A DNA stretch of 64,000 nucleotides from Alphaproteobacteria bacterium (lineage in GTDB: Bacteria > Pseudomonadota > Alphaproteobacteria > UBA8317), in assembly GCA_038131935.1 (NCBI GenBank), contig JAYPQH010000032.1, positions 160,001-224,000 on the forward strand. The letters run 5' to 3'. How positions within the stretch are numbered: position 1 is the first letter of the stretch; each line of letters starts with the position of its first letter. The notes below the pieces were generated by a model, which ran no database searches, was not told the DNA's origin, and was given only the letters and a program-made list of their open reading frames with translations. Positions 9,996-21,365 of this stretch are shown here, in pieces. Made by a program: the position numbers and the translations under genes.

Positions 9996-11195
9996 TCACA
10001 AACCTAACATTGCCTTGGAGACAATATTTTTTTGAATTTCATTGGAACCACCATAGATAGAGAGTTTGCGCAGGTTAAAATATTGACGAGCCAATGGCAT
10101 CGCGTCTTCTGGGCCAATGGGCTCTTCATTATAACCATCATCAAAAAACTCTGGTACAAATGGGCTCGCATATGGGCCAATAGCTTGCCTCATAAGATTT
10201 GAGATTTCCTGCCGCACTTCGGTTCCTTTGATTTTGAGAAGAGATGATTCAGCACCTGGTGCCTGTCCTGCTCCCGCAGCGGAAACGATCCTGAGGTTGA
10301 ATATATCCATAGCCATTAAGTCTATTTCTACTTCTGCCACCTTCGATGCGAACCGAGGGTCTGAAAGCAACGGCTTGCCGTTTTTCTTTTCACGTTTGGC
10401 AATGGTTTTTAAGTGACCGAGCATCTGCTTTGAATAACCAACACCAGCAATACCTGTTCGCTCATAAGTTAGTAGGTATTTTGCGTAGGTCCAACCTTCA
10501 TTTTCAACACCAACAAGATTTTCTACAGGAACACGAACATCTGTGAACCATACCTCATTCACTTCATGCTCCCCATCCAAAGTGATAATGGGTCTAATTT
10601 CGATTCCAGGAGTACTCAAATCAACAAGAAGGAATGAAATACCTTGCTGTGGTTTCGCAGCATCTGGATTGGTACGCACCAACACAAACATCATATTCGC
10701 ATGATGACCAAGCGTTGTCCAAGTCTTCTGCCCATTCACAATGTAATGGTCGCCATCACGAACTGCTTTTGTTTTCAGCGATGCCAAGTCAGAACCTGAA
10801 CCAGGCTCTGAATAACCTTGGGACCACCAATCTTCGCATGACACAATCCTTGGAAGATATTTCTTTTTATGTTCCTCAGACCCAAATTTAATTAACACTG
10901 GTCCCAACATATTTGGACCAAAGGGGACAATTCTTGGCGCCCCCACTGCGATCATTTCTTCCTCAAAAATATGCTTTTGAATAGGCGTCCAACCCGCACC
11001 ACCATGTTCCACGGGCCAATGCCAGCATAACCACCCCCTACTGCGCAATTTCTCATGCCAAAAGTCATAATCTTCTTTTTTTAACCGCTTATGATGTCGA
11101 ACTTTATTGGCAAGTTCTTGGGGCAAGTTTTCTGATAGCCAGCCGCGAACTTCATCGCGGAAGGCTACCTCTTCTTCGGTATAATGTAAGTCCAT
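9996..11195 (-). CDS. Acyl-CoA dehydrogenase, PimC-like large subunit
   Basis: QGYSEPGSGSDLASL, NGQKTWT, LTYER, SIYGGSNEIQKNI; paired with the PimD-like gene. Confidence 0.9.
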   Translation of the reverse strand: MDLHYTEEEVAFRDEVRGWLSENLPQELANKVRHHKRLKKEDYDFWHEKLRSRGWLCWHWPVEHGGAGWTPIQKHIFEEEMIAVGAPRIVPFGPNMLGPVLIKFGSEEHKKKYLPRIVSCEDWWSQGYSEPGSGSDLASLKTKAVRDGDHYIVNGQKTWTTLGHHANMMFVLVRTNPDAAKPQQGISFLLVDLSTPGIEIRPIITLDGEHEVNEVWFTDVRVPVENLVGVENEGWTYAKYLLTYERTGIAGVGYSKQMLGHLKTIAKREKKNGKPLLSDPRFASKVAEVEIDLMAMDIFNLRIVSAAGAGQAPGAESSLLKIKGTEVRQEISNLMRQAIGPYASPFVPEFFDDGYNEEPIGPEDAMPLARQYFNLRKLSIYGGSNEIQKNIVSKAMLGL

Positions 11196-11205
11196 ATTTA
11201 GCTCC

Positions 11206-12378
11206 TTAAAGTGTGTCTGGATGGCCCCAAATACTTGTTACTTGGCTTGAAAGAACACCTCCGTTGCCGTGGGCAACGCTTAGCCGCGCATTTGGAATCC
11301 AACCGCCATCGAGACGCTGTCCCTCATCATCACCTGCAGCTGCACGAATTTGTCTGATAGCTTCAATGGTAACAAACAGGCCATACATACCTGGATGTAC
11401 ACAGGACAAACCCCCCCCATTGGTATTAACGGCTAAACCACCACCAGGAGCAATATGACCATTCTTGATAAAGTCCTTACCTTCGCCCTTGGCACAATAG
11501 CCTAGATCTTCAAGGAACAATATGGTGTTGATGGTGAACGCATCATAAAGCTGGAGCGTGTCCATATCTGATGGAGCGTAACCTGCCATTTCAAATGCTC
11601 GAGGACCAGAATCTGCAGCAGCGGTGCGGGTTAGATCTGGCATCGCAGAGATCATACGATGGTAATGCTGCATGGCAGCTCCAAGCAAATAAACAGGTGT
11701 TTTGGGTGCATCTTTGGCCCGATCTGGTCTGGTCATAATGATCGCCGCAGCCCCGTCTGTAACCAAACAACAATCTAGTTTTGTAAGAGGTGTCGAAATC
11801 ATTCTTGCACCTAATACATCCTCAACTGTGAGTGGTCCTTGCATAAATGCCTCTGGATTTAAATTGGCCCAGGCTCGCGCTGCTACAGCAACCTCAGCAA
11901 GATCTTCGCGGCTACCACCAAAGTCATGCATATAGCGACTTGCTGCCAAGGCATAAGCTGTCAAAGGCATCCGAGGCTGATAATCTGCTTCGTACGGCAT
12001 AGGTTCTGACACAGACTTAAAACCACCAGCGGTTCGTTGGTTTGATCCATAGGCAATCAACGCCGTATCAATGATGCCTGCCTCGATTGCCATGGCTGCG
12101 GTTAAAGCATGTGCCATAAATGACGATCCGCCAATATTATTCCCATCAGAAAATTTTGGGTGAATACCAAGATGTTCTGCAAGTGACATGGCTGGCATTG
12201 CGTGAACAGCAGTGGCAGCAAAAACTGCATCTATATCCTGCATTTTAATACCAGCATCCTGTACTGCACCATAGCATGCTTGTACCATGAGCTCCATAGA
12301 ATTGCGTCCTGGTGCTTCACCAACCCCAGCTGTGGCCACACCAATGCAAGCAGCTTTACCTCTTAATGTTTTGCTCAT
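11206..12378 (-). CDS. SCP2/Ltp2-type thiolase-fold protein
   Basis: LDCCLVTDG, LYDAFT, LEDLGYC, NTNGGGLS, HGNGG; adjacent to DUF35 gene. Confidence 0.85.
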   Translation of the reverse strand: MSKTLRGKAACIGVATAGVGEAPGRNSMELMVQACYGAVQDAGIKMQDIDAVFAATAVHAMPAMSLAEHLGIHPKFSDGNNIGGSSFMAHALTAAMAIEAGIIDTALIAYGSNQRTAGGFKSVSEPMPYEADYQPRMPLTAYALAASRYMHDFGGSREDLAEVAVAARAWANLNPEAFMQGPLTVEDVLGARMISTPLTKLDCCLVTDGAAAIIMTRPDRAKDAPKTPVYLLGAAMQHYHRMISAMPDLTRTAAADSGPRAFEMAGYAPSDMDTLQLYDAFTINTILFLEDLGYCAKGEGKDFIKNGHIAPGGGLAVNTNGGGLSCVHPGMYGLFVTIEAIRQIRAAAGDDEGQRLDGGWIPNARLSVAHGNGGVLSSQVTSIWGHPDTL

Positions 12379-12766
12379 GACTGGCCTCCAACAGGTTTAA
12401 ACACGATAACTTTTTTCCCATTAATTTCTTCTATGGCAGCACAAACTGACATCCCAATTGTGACATCAGCTGGTGGAATATCGACAACCCGAGCCATCAT
12501 TCGGGGGCCTTCCTCAAGGTCAACCAATGCAACATTGTAATCACCACCTTGCTCTGGACGACGACTGGTTGAGGTTGTGGCATAAACAGTTCCTCTGCCG
12601 GAAGCTTCAACCCATTCGAGGTCATCAGCTCCTGTGAATGGATTAACGACGCGTGGGTAAAGACATAAGCGCCATCGGTGGTAGAGCGCTGTATCATAAA
12701 GCGGCCTTCTTCTAGAAATTCATGGAAACGGCCTTCTGGTCCCGTTCCTGAAAAATTATCTGACAT
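12375..12766 (-). CDS. DUF35 (ChsH2-like) OB-fold protein (split near 12660)
   Basis: After adding one T: VFYPRVVNPFTG...ASGRGTVY...ALVDLEEGPRM; ATGA overlap with the thiolase-fold gene. Confidence 0.82.
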
Positions 12767-12784
12767 TTTTCTCTCCTCTGTTGT

Positions 12785-13765
12785 TCAACAAATTGATAGC
12801 TTAATTTCGCTTCGTGCATGGTTGTACTCTGCCTCAAGACGATCGATGAGATCGGAGACAGAACCACGTGTCTTTACGGAACCTATTCCTTGACCAGAGC
12901 CCCAAATATCCTTCCAAGACTTTGGCTTGGATGAACCTTTTTCAAAATTCATTGCAGACGCATCACTTTGTGGCAGGTTATTGGGATCAAGCCCTTGTGC
13001 TGTAACGGAGGCTTTCAAGTAATTTCCATGCACACCAGTAAAGTAATTTGTGTACACAATATCTTCCGCGCCTCCTGCGACAATCATGTTTTTGTAATCT
13101 TCGGAGGCATTTGCTTCGTTGGTCGCGATAAAAGCTGAGCCCATATATCCGAGATCTGCGCCCATAACTTGCGCTGCAAAAATAGCCCGCCCAGTTGCGA
13201 GCGACCCTGACAACAACAACGGACCGTCAAACCAGGACCGTATTTCTTCAATCAAAGCAAATGGCGATAATGTGCCCGCATGACCACCTGCACCCGCAGC
13301 TACAGCCACCAAGCCATCAGCCACTTTATCGATTGCTTTGAGTGCAAAACGGTTATTGATAACATCATGCAACGTGATCCCGCCACAATCATGTGCCGCG
13401 ACATTGACCTCTGCCCTAGCGCCTAAAGAGGTGATCCAAATAGGAACATTCCAGCGATGACATATTTCAATATCACGCTCGAGCCTGATGTTTGACCGAT
13501 GCACGATTTGGTTAACAGCATAAGGTGCGGCAGGATTATCCGGATGGCTTTGATTGTATCGATCAAGTTCCTCAGTTATATGACGTAGCCATGTTTCAAG
13601 CATTGGCGGCTCGCCGTCACTTTCACGCGCATTGAGTGCAGGAAAAGAACCAACAACACCAGCTTTACATTGTGCCACCACCATTTCTGGATTTGAAATC
13701 AGAAATAATGGTGATGCCACCAAAGGTATTCTCAAGCCACTCAAAATAGGAGGAAGCGACATCAA
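12785..13765 (-). CDS. Nitronate monooxygenase family flavoprotein
   Basis: SPLFLISNP, GSFPALNAR, AGAGGHAG, YMGSAFIAT, IWGSGQG. Confidence 0.88.
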   Translation of the reverse strand: MMSLPPILSGLRIPLVASPLFLISNPEMVVAQCKAGVVGSFPALNARESDGEPPMLETWLRHITEELDRYNQSHPDNPAAPYAVNQIVHRSNIRLERDIEICHRWNVPIWITSLGARAEVNVAAHDCGGITLHDVINNRFALKAIDKVADGLVAVAAGAGGHAGTLSPFALIEEIRSWFDGPLLLSGSLATGRAIFAAQVMGADLGYMGSAFIATNEANASEDYKNMIVAGGAEDIVYTNYFTGVHGNYLKASVTAQGLDPNNLPQSDASAMNFEKGSSKPKSWKDIWGSGQGIGSVKTRGSVSDLIDRLEAEYNHARSEIKLSIC

Positions 13766-15848
13766 ACAACCTCCCTAATCTGAATAAGTGCATCAAGTCC
13801 CACGCACCCGTTCGGCAGTACACGCAATGGATTGATTTCAGCTGAATCAAGTTGCTGTTCATGAGATGCTGCAAACACACTCATTTTCACGATTGCATCT
13901 ACCAATGCATTAACATCGGACACAGCTGCTCCTCGAGGACCATCAAGCAAAGCACGTAGTTTTAGACTATCAACCATACTTCTCGCTTGAGCTGCGCTTA
14001 CAGGTGCCCTCATAAAAGCCACATCTTTGAAAATTTCAGCATGGACACCTCCCATACCGATCATCACCAAGGGACCAAAAATAGGGTCAATACGCGCACC
14101 CAAAATCATGTCCACACCCTCTTCAACCATAGGTGTTAACAAAACCCCATCTATTTGTGCATTCGGCTCCAATTTCTTCACCGACGCCATCATATCCTCA
14201 AAGGCTGTTGCGGCCTCTTGAGCCGTTTTGAGATGAAGAACCACCCCTCCCACATCAGATTTATGCAAGATATCGGGTGATGAAATTTTCATGACCATTT
14301 CAGATGAATGTTTTTCCACAACCTTCATGACAGCATCAGCTGTAGACGCCAACTCATCCTGTACCATAGATAGCCCAAACTGCTGGAGAATAGCTTTCGC
14401 TTGTTGTTCGGTAGACGCATTTGGCAACGTCACAGATGTTGGCAACGCTATTTTATTGCCTTCAGTTTTATCAGCAAAAGACATTCCAAAATGCATCATA
14501 GCCTTCAACGCTGCCAGTGCGCGTGTGGGATCTGTAAATGTTGGAAAACCTTCTTTTCGTAGGCTTCACACATTTCTTGTGGTGCCAACATCACATGCAA
14601 AAACAGTCGATCAGGATAGTCCTTCATGGTATGTTTTAGATATTCAAGCAAAGGTTTCCCCAACAGTGGGGAACCTGCTACGGACGTCCAAAATCCCACC
14701 AACCCATCATAGCCACCGCGGTCTAACATGGCCTTGGTAAATTTGGGAATGAGGGACAAATCATTAAAAAATTGTGCCGTTACATCGACAGGATTTCGAG
14801 GTGCAGCGAAAGGAAGAACTTTTTTCATTTCTTCTTGTGCATCGATTGGCATAGGGGCCACATCCAATGACAAATCGGAGGCAGCATCCGCCATAAGAAT
14901 GCCTGCACCCCCTGAAATCGTAACAAGTCCAACCTTTTTTCCAACTGGATAAATGCGCGGACGTGCAGCTACCGCAACATCAATCATCTCCTCAGTTGAT
15001 TGAACACGGTAGGCACCATACTGTTTGAAAATAGCGTCATAGACAGCATCTTCGCCTGCAAGAGAAGCTGTATGACTTGAGGCTGCAGCCGCACCTACTT
15101 CAGAACGACCAACTTTTGTAATCACCACAGGCTTTTTGTTGGCCCGAGCAGCTTCCAAAGCTTCAATCATCAGCGGCCCATTTTTGATCGATTCGACATA
15201 TGCAAGGATTGTATGAACAGACTCCTCTGCTGCATACATTTTTATCACCTCTGCGACCTCAATATCTACTTCATTACCTGTTGTTACCCACTGACCAATT
15301 CCCAACCCTCGCTCATGACAGGACATGTAAATATGGCTGCCATACGCACCGGATTGTGAGGCAATTGCCAGCCCTCCTGGTCGCGGCGTGGCGCGATCAA
15401 TACTGGAGGTAAACGTGGCATAAAAATGCTCTGAAGCATTGAATAGACCCAAGCAGTTTGGTCCGATAATTCGGATATTTTTGTTTTTACCGACGAGGTA
15501 AAGCTCTTCCTGAAGCGCTGCACCCTCCTCACCCATTTCCGCAAAACCTGAAGAGAAAATCAAAGCGGCTTTTGCCCCTTTTTCTGCTGCATCACGCACT
15601 TGTCCAGCCACTTGAGCGGCTGGTACAGCAATGATTGCAAAATCAATGTCATCGGGAAGAGCCTTGAGTGAGGGATAGGAGGTTACACCCTGTATTGTCT
15701 CCCGGTTGGGATTAACCGGGTAACATATTCCTTTGAATTCTGGTTTAAGCATATAGGACATGGGTCGCCCACCAATCCGTGTTGGATTGTCTGAGGCGCC
15801 AACGATAGCTAGCCTCTTAGGGGCAGTGAGATCGCTTAATATTGTCAT
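13762..15848 (-). CDS. ADP-forming acyl-CoA synthetase (acetate--CoA ligase family, alpha-beta fusion; split near 14555)
   Basis: IVGAS, GPNCLG, SQSG, SHTASLAG, NPVD in the N-part; HKSDVGGV and EINPL ATP-grasp motifs in the C-part. Confidence 0.88.
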
Positions 15849-17374
15849 TATTTAGCCCTTATCGAAATACCCAAACGGGCACGACGTCGTAACCATGGCG
15901 TTGGACGATATCTATCAGATCCAGTTGTCCTTTGCGCACCTTCCAGAACAGCAAGAATATCTTGTGCTCCATAAGCTTCAATAAACTCTAATGGGCCATG
16001 TGGATAGTTTAGACCCAACCTCATAGCCAAATCTATATCGGTATCTGAAGCTAGGCCAACTTCCGCCATGTAACAACCTAAATTGGCGACCATTGCCACA
16101 ATTCTCTGGCCAATAAACCCGCATGAATCCTTAATCCACGTTACTTTTCGGCCTGTTTGAACCAAAGAAGATGCTACAATTTCACCCACCTCTTCGCTCG
16201 CACCGGGGGCCATCATCATGGTAACACGAACATCATGGCGCCCCATAGGATCAAGACAAACAAGACGTTTATAATCAACAGCATGATGCAGTGCGGTGTC
16301 CGTAGCATCCATACCCACTGGCGCTGCAATGATTGGGCAGGATCCATCGTCTTCGATAACCTGCAGACCTAACTCAGCACAAAGCGCCAAAGCGCGCTCA
16401 TCAGAAGAGATTATGGCCACCGAGCCTGAAACAGCTTGCGGATGATAGTCTCCAGCATCCCGCCCTAACATATCACCTGGTTTATACCCCTGCATGTCTG
16501 AGGTTGCGTAATCATACCAACCACCCGATGTTTTGCGACCATATCTACCCGCATCAAACATTGCTTTATGCTCTGGGGTGGTTTTGATTCTAGGGTCCTG
16601 GTTATAGCCATTGTAAATGATTTGTCGCACAGGATAGTTCACATCAATTCCTGTTAAATCTCCTAATTCAAAGGGCCCCATTCGAAATCCATGACAGTCT
16701 CTCATAACTGAATCAATTTGAGCTGGTGACGCCACGCCATCATGGTGAACCATAAAACCCTCAGTTGTGAACGCACTTCCACCCATATTAACCAAGAATC
16801 CCGGCGAATCTTTAACCCGAACAGGGGTTCTGGTCATAAGTTTGCCGATATGTGTAAGACTGTCTGCGGTTTCAGATGACGTATCCGCTGCAACAATCAC
16901 TTCAACCAACTTCATTAATGGAACAGGGTTAAAGAAATGAAATCCCGCAATCCGGTCTCGTTTTTTACAAGCGGATGCAATTGAAGCAATTGGAATGGAG
17001 GAGGTATTAGAGGCTATAATACAGGCCTCAGACACAACAGCCTCTACATCCTGGAAAAGCTGACGCTTAACCTCTAAGTTTTCAAAAATTGCTTCGACAA
17101 CGAGATGACATGCAGAGAGATCAGAAAGATCTTTGCAAACGACCATCAAACCAACCGCTTTTTCACATTCCTCGACTGACAAACGACCTTTTTCTACCAA
17201 CCGCTCCAAACGTGCTGTAATTTTCTCAACAGCAGCAGCTGCTCCACCTTCCTTCGCATCAAATACAAGCGTTTTCATTCCACCTTGCACAGATACTTGA
17301 ACAATTCCCTGACCCATTGCTCCGGCGCCTACCACACCCACTATCAATTGCTCTGATGAGTATTGTGCAAACAT
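15848..17374 (-). CDS. 3-hydroxyacyl-CoA dehydrogenase (PaaH-like)
   Basis: GAGAMGQGI, SNTSS, HFFNPVPLM, GFRMGPF, duplicated C-terminal domain. Confidence 0.9.
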   Translation of the reverse strand: MFAQYSSEQLIVGVVGAGAMGQGIVQVSVQGGMKTLVFDAKEGGAAAAVEKITARLERLVEKGRLSVEECEKAVGLMVVCKDLSDLSACHLVVEAIFENLEVKRQLFQDVEAVVSEACIIASNTSSIPIASIASACKKRDRIAGFHFFNPVPLMKLVEVIVAADTSSETADSLTHIGKLMTRTPVRVKDSPGFLVNMGGSAFTTEGFMVHHDGVASPAQIDSVMRDCHGFRMGPFELGDLTGIDVNYPVRQIIYNGYNQDPRIKTTPEHKAMFDAGRYGRKTSGGWYDYATSDMQGYKPGDMLGRDAGDYHPQAVSGSVAIISSDERALALCAELGLQVIEDDGSCPIIAAPVGMDATDTALHHAVDYKRLVCLDPMGRHDVRVTMMMAPGASEEVGEIVASSLVQTGRKVTWIKDSCGFIGQRIVAMVANLGCYMAEVGLASDTDIDLAMRLGLNYPHGPLEFIEAYGAQDILAVLEGAQRTTGSDRYRPTPWLRRRARLGISIRAK

Positions 17375-17468
17375 AATCGTCTCCTTTTTCCCTTAAGAAA
17401 TGTGAACAATGACAACGTCAACCTACAAGAATTTGATCTAGCCATTTTTCTCTGTTTATGAAAGAGAC

Positions 17469-17483
17469 TTTCGCAGAGCAAAA
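17469..17483. promoter_or_regulatory. Candidate IclR-family operator
   Basis: TTTCGCAGAGCAAAA imperfect palindrome in a divergent intergenic region; similar 15-mer at 20040. Confidence 0.45.
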
Positions 17484-17522
17484 CCAATCTGCCAAGTGGT
17501 GAAATAAAAGAGAGAGAAAAAA

Positions 17523-18296
17523 ATGTCTGACATTGTCACATGCGAATTTTTAGAAAATGCCACGGCACTCGTGCGCATCAACCGTCCTGAAGCATTAAAC
17601 GCTCTAAACATGGCTTTACGCAAGGACCTCGCAGAAACATTTTTAGCGTTACAAGAGCGCAGCGACGTGCGCGCAATTGTTTTAACAGGTGACGAGCGGG
17701 CATTTGCCGCAGGAGCCGACCTAAAGGAATTTGTAGATGCTTCTGCTGTTGATATGATCAAAAGAAGAGCAGAACGGTATTGGCAAGCCGTTGCATCAAC
17801 ACCTCAACCTGTCATTGCCGCTATACGTGGGTATGCCATGGGAGGTGGCTTGGAGCTCGCCATGGCATGTGATCTCATCGTGGTTGGTGAAAATGCACAG
17901 TTGGGACAACCAGAAATCAAGGTGGGGATCATGCCTGGAGCTGGGGGAACTCAAAGACTGACCAGGGCGGTAGGAAAATTCAACGCCATGAAAATCAATC
18001 TTCTAGGCAAGCCATTTTCAGGTCGAGATGCATTTAATATGGGGCTTGCATGTGAAGTTTGCGCTGATGAAGACGTTTTGGACACAGCATTGAAAATGGC
18101 TAAGAGCATATCACATATGCCACCTCTCGCTGCCCAGGCCATTAAGGAAGCTGTTGTTTTTGGAGAGAGCGCCTCTCTTGAAACAGGGTTATTGTTGGAG
18201 CGCAAATCCTTCCAAGTCCTCTTTGCGACTGAAGACCGCAAAGAGGGCATGGAAGCTTTCATTGAGAAGAGAAAGCCAAGCTTTTCAGGAAAGTAA
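17523..18296 (+). CDS. Enoyl-CoA hydratase
   Basis: AFAAGADL, GGGLEL, GQPEIKVGIMPGAGGTQRL with both catalytic Glu. Confidence 0.9.
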   Translation: MSDIVTCEFLENATALVRINRPEALNALNMALRKDLAETFLALQERSDVRAIVLTGDERAFAAGADLKEFVDASAVDMIKRRAERYWQAVASTPQPVIAAIRGYAMGGGLELAMACDLIVVGENAQLGQPEIKVGIMPGAGGTQRLTRAVGKFNAMKINLLGKPFSGRDAFNMGLACEVCADEDVLDTALKMAKSISHMPPLAAQAIKEAVVFGESASLETGLLLERKSFQVLFATEDRKEGMEAFIEKRKPSFSGK

Positions 18297-19947
18297 TCAA
18301 CGCCCACCGCGCAGTGCTTCTACGGTAGTAAAGGCACTGATTGCTTCAACTGATGACCTCACATCCAGCAGCGCTGGACCATCATGGGCCAGAAACGCTG
18401 AGACTATGTTCGCGATATCGTCACCTAAACCCACACAGAATCCCTTAGCACCAAACGATTCTGCCCAAGCGGCAAAGTCAGGATTCACAAGTTGTGTAGC
18501 TGTTATCCGATGTGGATGATCACGCTCTTGGTGCAATCTAATTGTACCATAACTGCCATTGTTGGAGACGATTATTTTGATATCCAGTTGACAGGCCATG
18601 GCTGTAGCCAGTTCATTTCCGGTCATCATTAAGCCACCATCCCCAGCGAACGCCAATATCGTTTTACCAGGATATCGCAACCCAGCTGCAACAGCCCCAG
18701 GAACCCCAAGTCCCATAGCTCCTCCAACGGCACCAAGAGTCTTCTGCTTTCCAGAAAAAGACCAAATGCGGTGAACCCATGAAGAAAAATTACCTGCATC
18801 TTCACTAATGATAGAATCCGCTGGAGCGCGCTTCACCAATTTCCAGCATCACGGCACCAAAATCCAAGCCATCATCAAAATTTCGTACAGCATAATTTTT
18901 TACTGTGGACATGAATTCTGCAATTTCTTCCATCCAAGCCATCCTATCAGCACTTGAAACGGCATCACGTGCAGCAAGAGCATAACAAAATGCAGACGGA
19001 TCTGACACGACTGGCAATTCCGTGCGGAAAACACGCCCTATTGGCGATGCATCTTGATAAACGTGGATCAACGGAGCCTGTGGCTCAGGGGCTGTGGGCA
19101 ATTGGTACCCTTGGGTTGGTGTGTCAGATAACCTCGTACCGATCGCCAACAAAAGATCGTGCTTTTTGAGCAATTCAACATGTGGCTTTGGAATCTTGAA
19201 GCCCAAATGACCTGCAAAGTGTGGGAGAGAATTGTCAAAAATTTCTTGATGCCTGAAGGTAAGGGCAACCGGAATATTATGCTTTTTTGCAAGCGCTTCT
19301 AACGCGGCACGTCCAGCATCACTATCCAAGCCTCCACCGGCCATAATGAGTGGACGCTTTGCCTTCGCCAATAAAGCTGCTGCCTGTTCCACAGCCTCAG
19401 GGTCAACACCGGGCCGAGCAACTGGCATCTTTGGCCAGATTTCTTCAGGCAAATCATCAGCGAGCATATCCTCTTGCAGGACAATCACCACAGGGCCTGG
19501 GGTGCCTGATTGGCTATCATGAAACGCGCGTGCAACCACTTCAGACAGCTGCTCTGAACGCTCAACCTCCCAAACTTTTTTGGCCATACCACCGAAAAAT
19601 TGCTCATAATCTACTTCTTGGAAAGCGCCTCGCCCTCTTTCTTCTCTTGAGACTTGTCCAATGATCAGCACAAGCGGGACAGCATCTTGTTGCGCCAAAT
19701 GAACCCCTATGGATGCGTTCGTAGCACCAGGACCCCTACTAACCGCGACAACACCAGGTTTCCCCGTCAATTTTGCGTCAGCTACGGCCATGAAGCCAGC
19801 ACCGCCTTCATGGCGACAAGCAACAACTGAAATTTCTGTATCATGTAAGGCATCTAACAATGACAGATAGCTCTCACCTGGAACACAAAAGATTCTATCA
19901 GCACCTTGTTGTGATAATGATTTGGCCATTAAGTCTGCTGCACGCAT
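18297..19947 (-). CDS. Thiamine diphosphate-dependent enzyme, acetolactate synthase-like (split near 18835)
   Basis: VPGESYL, CRHEGGA, RGPGATN, GDGG...NNGSYGTIR; AAGGAG RBS before ATG 19947. Confidence 0.88.
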
Positions 19948-20009
19948 GGGCGGTGTCTCCTTTTGGTGGTAAATGCCAGAAAAATACTGGGCGCGACAAA
20001 AAACAGTAA

Positions 20010-20062
20010 TTGACGCCAAGCATGATACGCGAGATGCTGTTTCGCAAGCTGAAATTCAGCTT
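20010..20062 (+). promoter_or_regulatory. Candidate sigma70 promoter with overlapping operator for the TAXI operon
   Basis: TTGACG-N17-GATGCT (20010-20038), then TTTCGCAAGCTGAAA (20040-20054) and inverted repeat AAGCTGAA-A-TTCAGCTT (20046-20062). Confidence 0.5.
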
Positions 20063-20115
20063 TTCGATGTTTTAACCAAAAAAACACGAAAAACATTCAT
20101 AGGGAGAACAGTATA

Positions 20116-21288
20116 ATGATAAAAACTTTTTCTGCTTTGGTAACGGGTTCAATGCTGTTAGCCACCACGGCTTTTGCTGGTGGTCATGGCGTAGATCTAC
20201 CAAAACAACTTGCTTGGACGGCATATGGCACAGGATCAGCAGGATACAACCAATCCGTTGCTATTGGCGCAGCACTAAAAGATGCAGCTGGTGTAAGCCT
20301 TAGGGTATTACCTGGTAAGAATGATATCGCCCGCACAGAGCCTTTGAGACAGGGTAAAGTGCAATTCTCAGCGACCGGTGTGGGTGGGTCGTTCATGGCT
20401 CAAGAAGGCGTCTTTCAGTTTGGCGCAAAAAATTGGGGCCCACAGAATGTTCGGGTATTGATGGCAAACAACGGGAGGACAGTAGGTCTGTCTACGTGGA
20501 TTGCTGCCGACATCTGTGAAAAAGTTGGAAAAGCTGGCTGTGATGGATTCGAATATTCTGACTTGAAGGGCATGCGTGTAGCATGGGTTAAAGGTGCACC
20601 AGCCCTCAATGTAAATAACGAAGCCTATCTTGCATATGGTGGTTTGACCTGGAATGACGTCCAAAAAGTTGAGTTTGGTGGATTTGGAGCCAGCTGGAAA
20701 GGACTCATCAATGGCGACGTGGATGCTGTTTTTGCATCAACGAATTCTGGCCGCGTGTATGAAGCTGAAACAGGTCCTCGTGGTGTTTTCCTGCCACCTA
20801 TCGATGCCAACAATAAAGAAGGACTGGCAAGAATGGCTGCCATCGCACCTTTCTTCTCGCCTATGATGGCCAAGGTTGGCGCAACTATTGACGGAAAGCA
20901 GCCACGTCCGACCGCTGGCTATGCCTATCCGGTGCTTACCGCAATGGAAGGTCAAGACGAAAACCTTGTCTACAACATGACCAAGGCCATGGTAACCTTG
21001 TTCGATAAATATGACGGCAAAGCCCCTGGGATCTCAGGCTGGGCACAAGAAAAACAAAACTACAAGTGGGTTGTTCCTTATCACAAGGGCGCCGTAAAGT
21101 TTTGGAAAGAAATGGGCGTTTGGAATGATGAGCATGATGCACATAATAACAAACTTATTGACCGCCAAAAAACACTCCAAAAAGCTTGGTCAGATCTAGC
21201 AGCAACCAATCCAAGCGATTGGGAAGCAGCGTGGCAGAAAACACGCCGCGACGCACTTCAATCTGGTGGCTTTGAGGTTGTTTTCTGA
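20116..21288 (+). CDS. TAXI-family TRAP transporter solute-binding subunit
   Basis: Signal peptide, WTAYGTGSAGY, VVPYHKGAVKF; followed by a fused TRAP permease. Confidence 0.85.
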   Translation: MIKTFSALVTGSMLLATTAFAGGHGVDLPKQLAWTAYGTGSAGYNQSVAIGAALKDAAGVSLRVLPGKNDIARTEPLRQGKVQFSATGVGGSFMAQEGVFQFGAKNWGPQNVRVLMANNGRTVGLSTWIAADICEKVGKAGCDGFEYSDLKGMRVAWVKGAPALNVNNEAYLAYGGLTWNDVQKVEFGGFGASWKGLINGDVDAVFASTNSGRVYEAETGPRGVFLPPIDANNKEGLARMAAIAPFFSPMMAKVGATIDGKQPRPTAGYAYPVLTAMEGQDENLVYNMTKAMVTLFDKYDGKAPGISGWAQEKQNYKWVVPYHKGAVKFWKEMGVWNDEHDAHNNKLIDRQKTLQKAWSDLAATNPSDWEAAWQKTRRDALQSGGFEVVF

Positions 21289-21315
21289 TTTCCTTAACTT
21301 TTTGTTTTTTACAAA

Positions 21316-21342
21316 ACCCCATCTCTTTTTGAGAGATGGGGT
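21316..21342 (+). terminator. Intercistronic hairpin after TAXI solute-binding gene
   Basis: ACCCCATCTCT-TTTTG-AGAGATGGGGT perfect 11-bp stem. Confidence 0.65.
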
Positions 21343-21365
21343 CTCACTGCTTCACGAGGTTTGTG

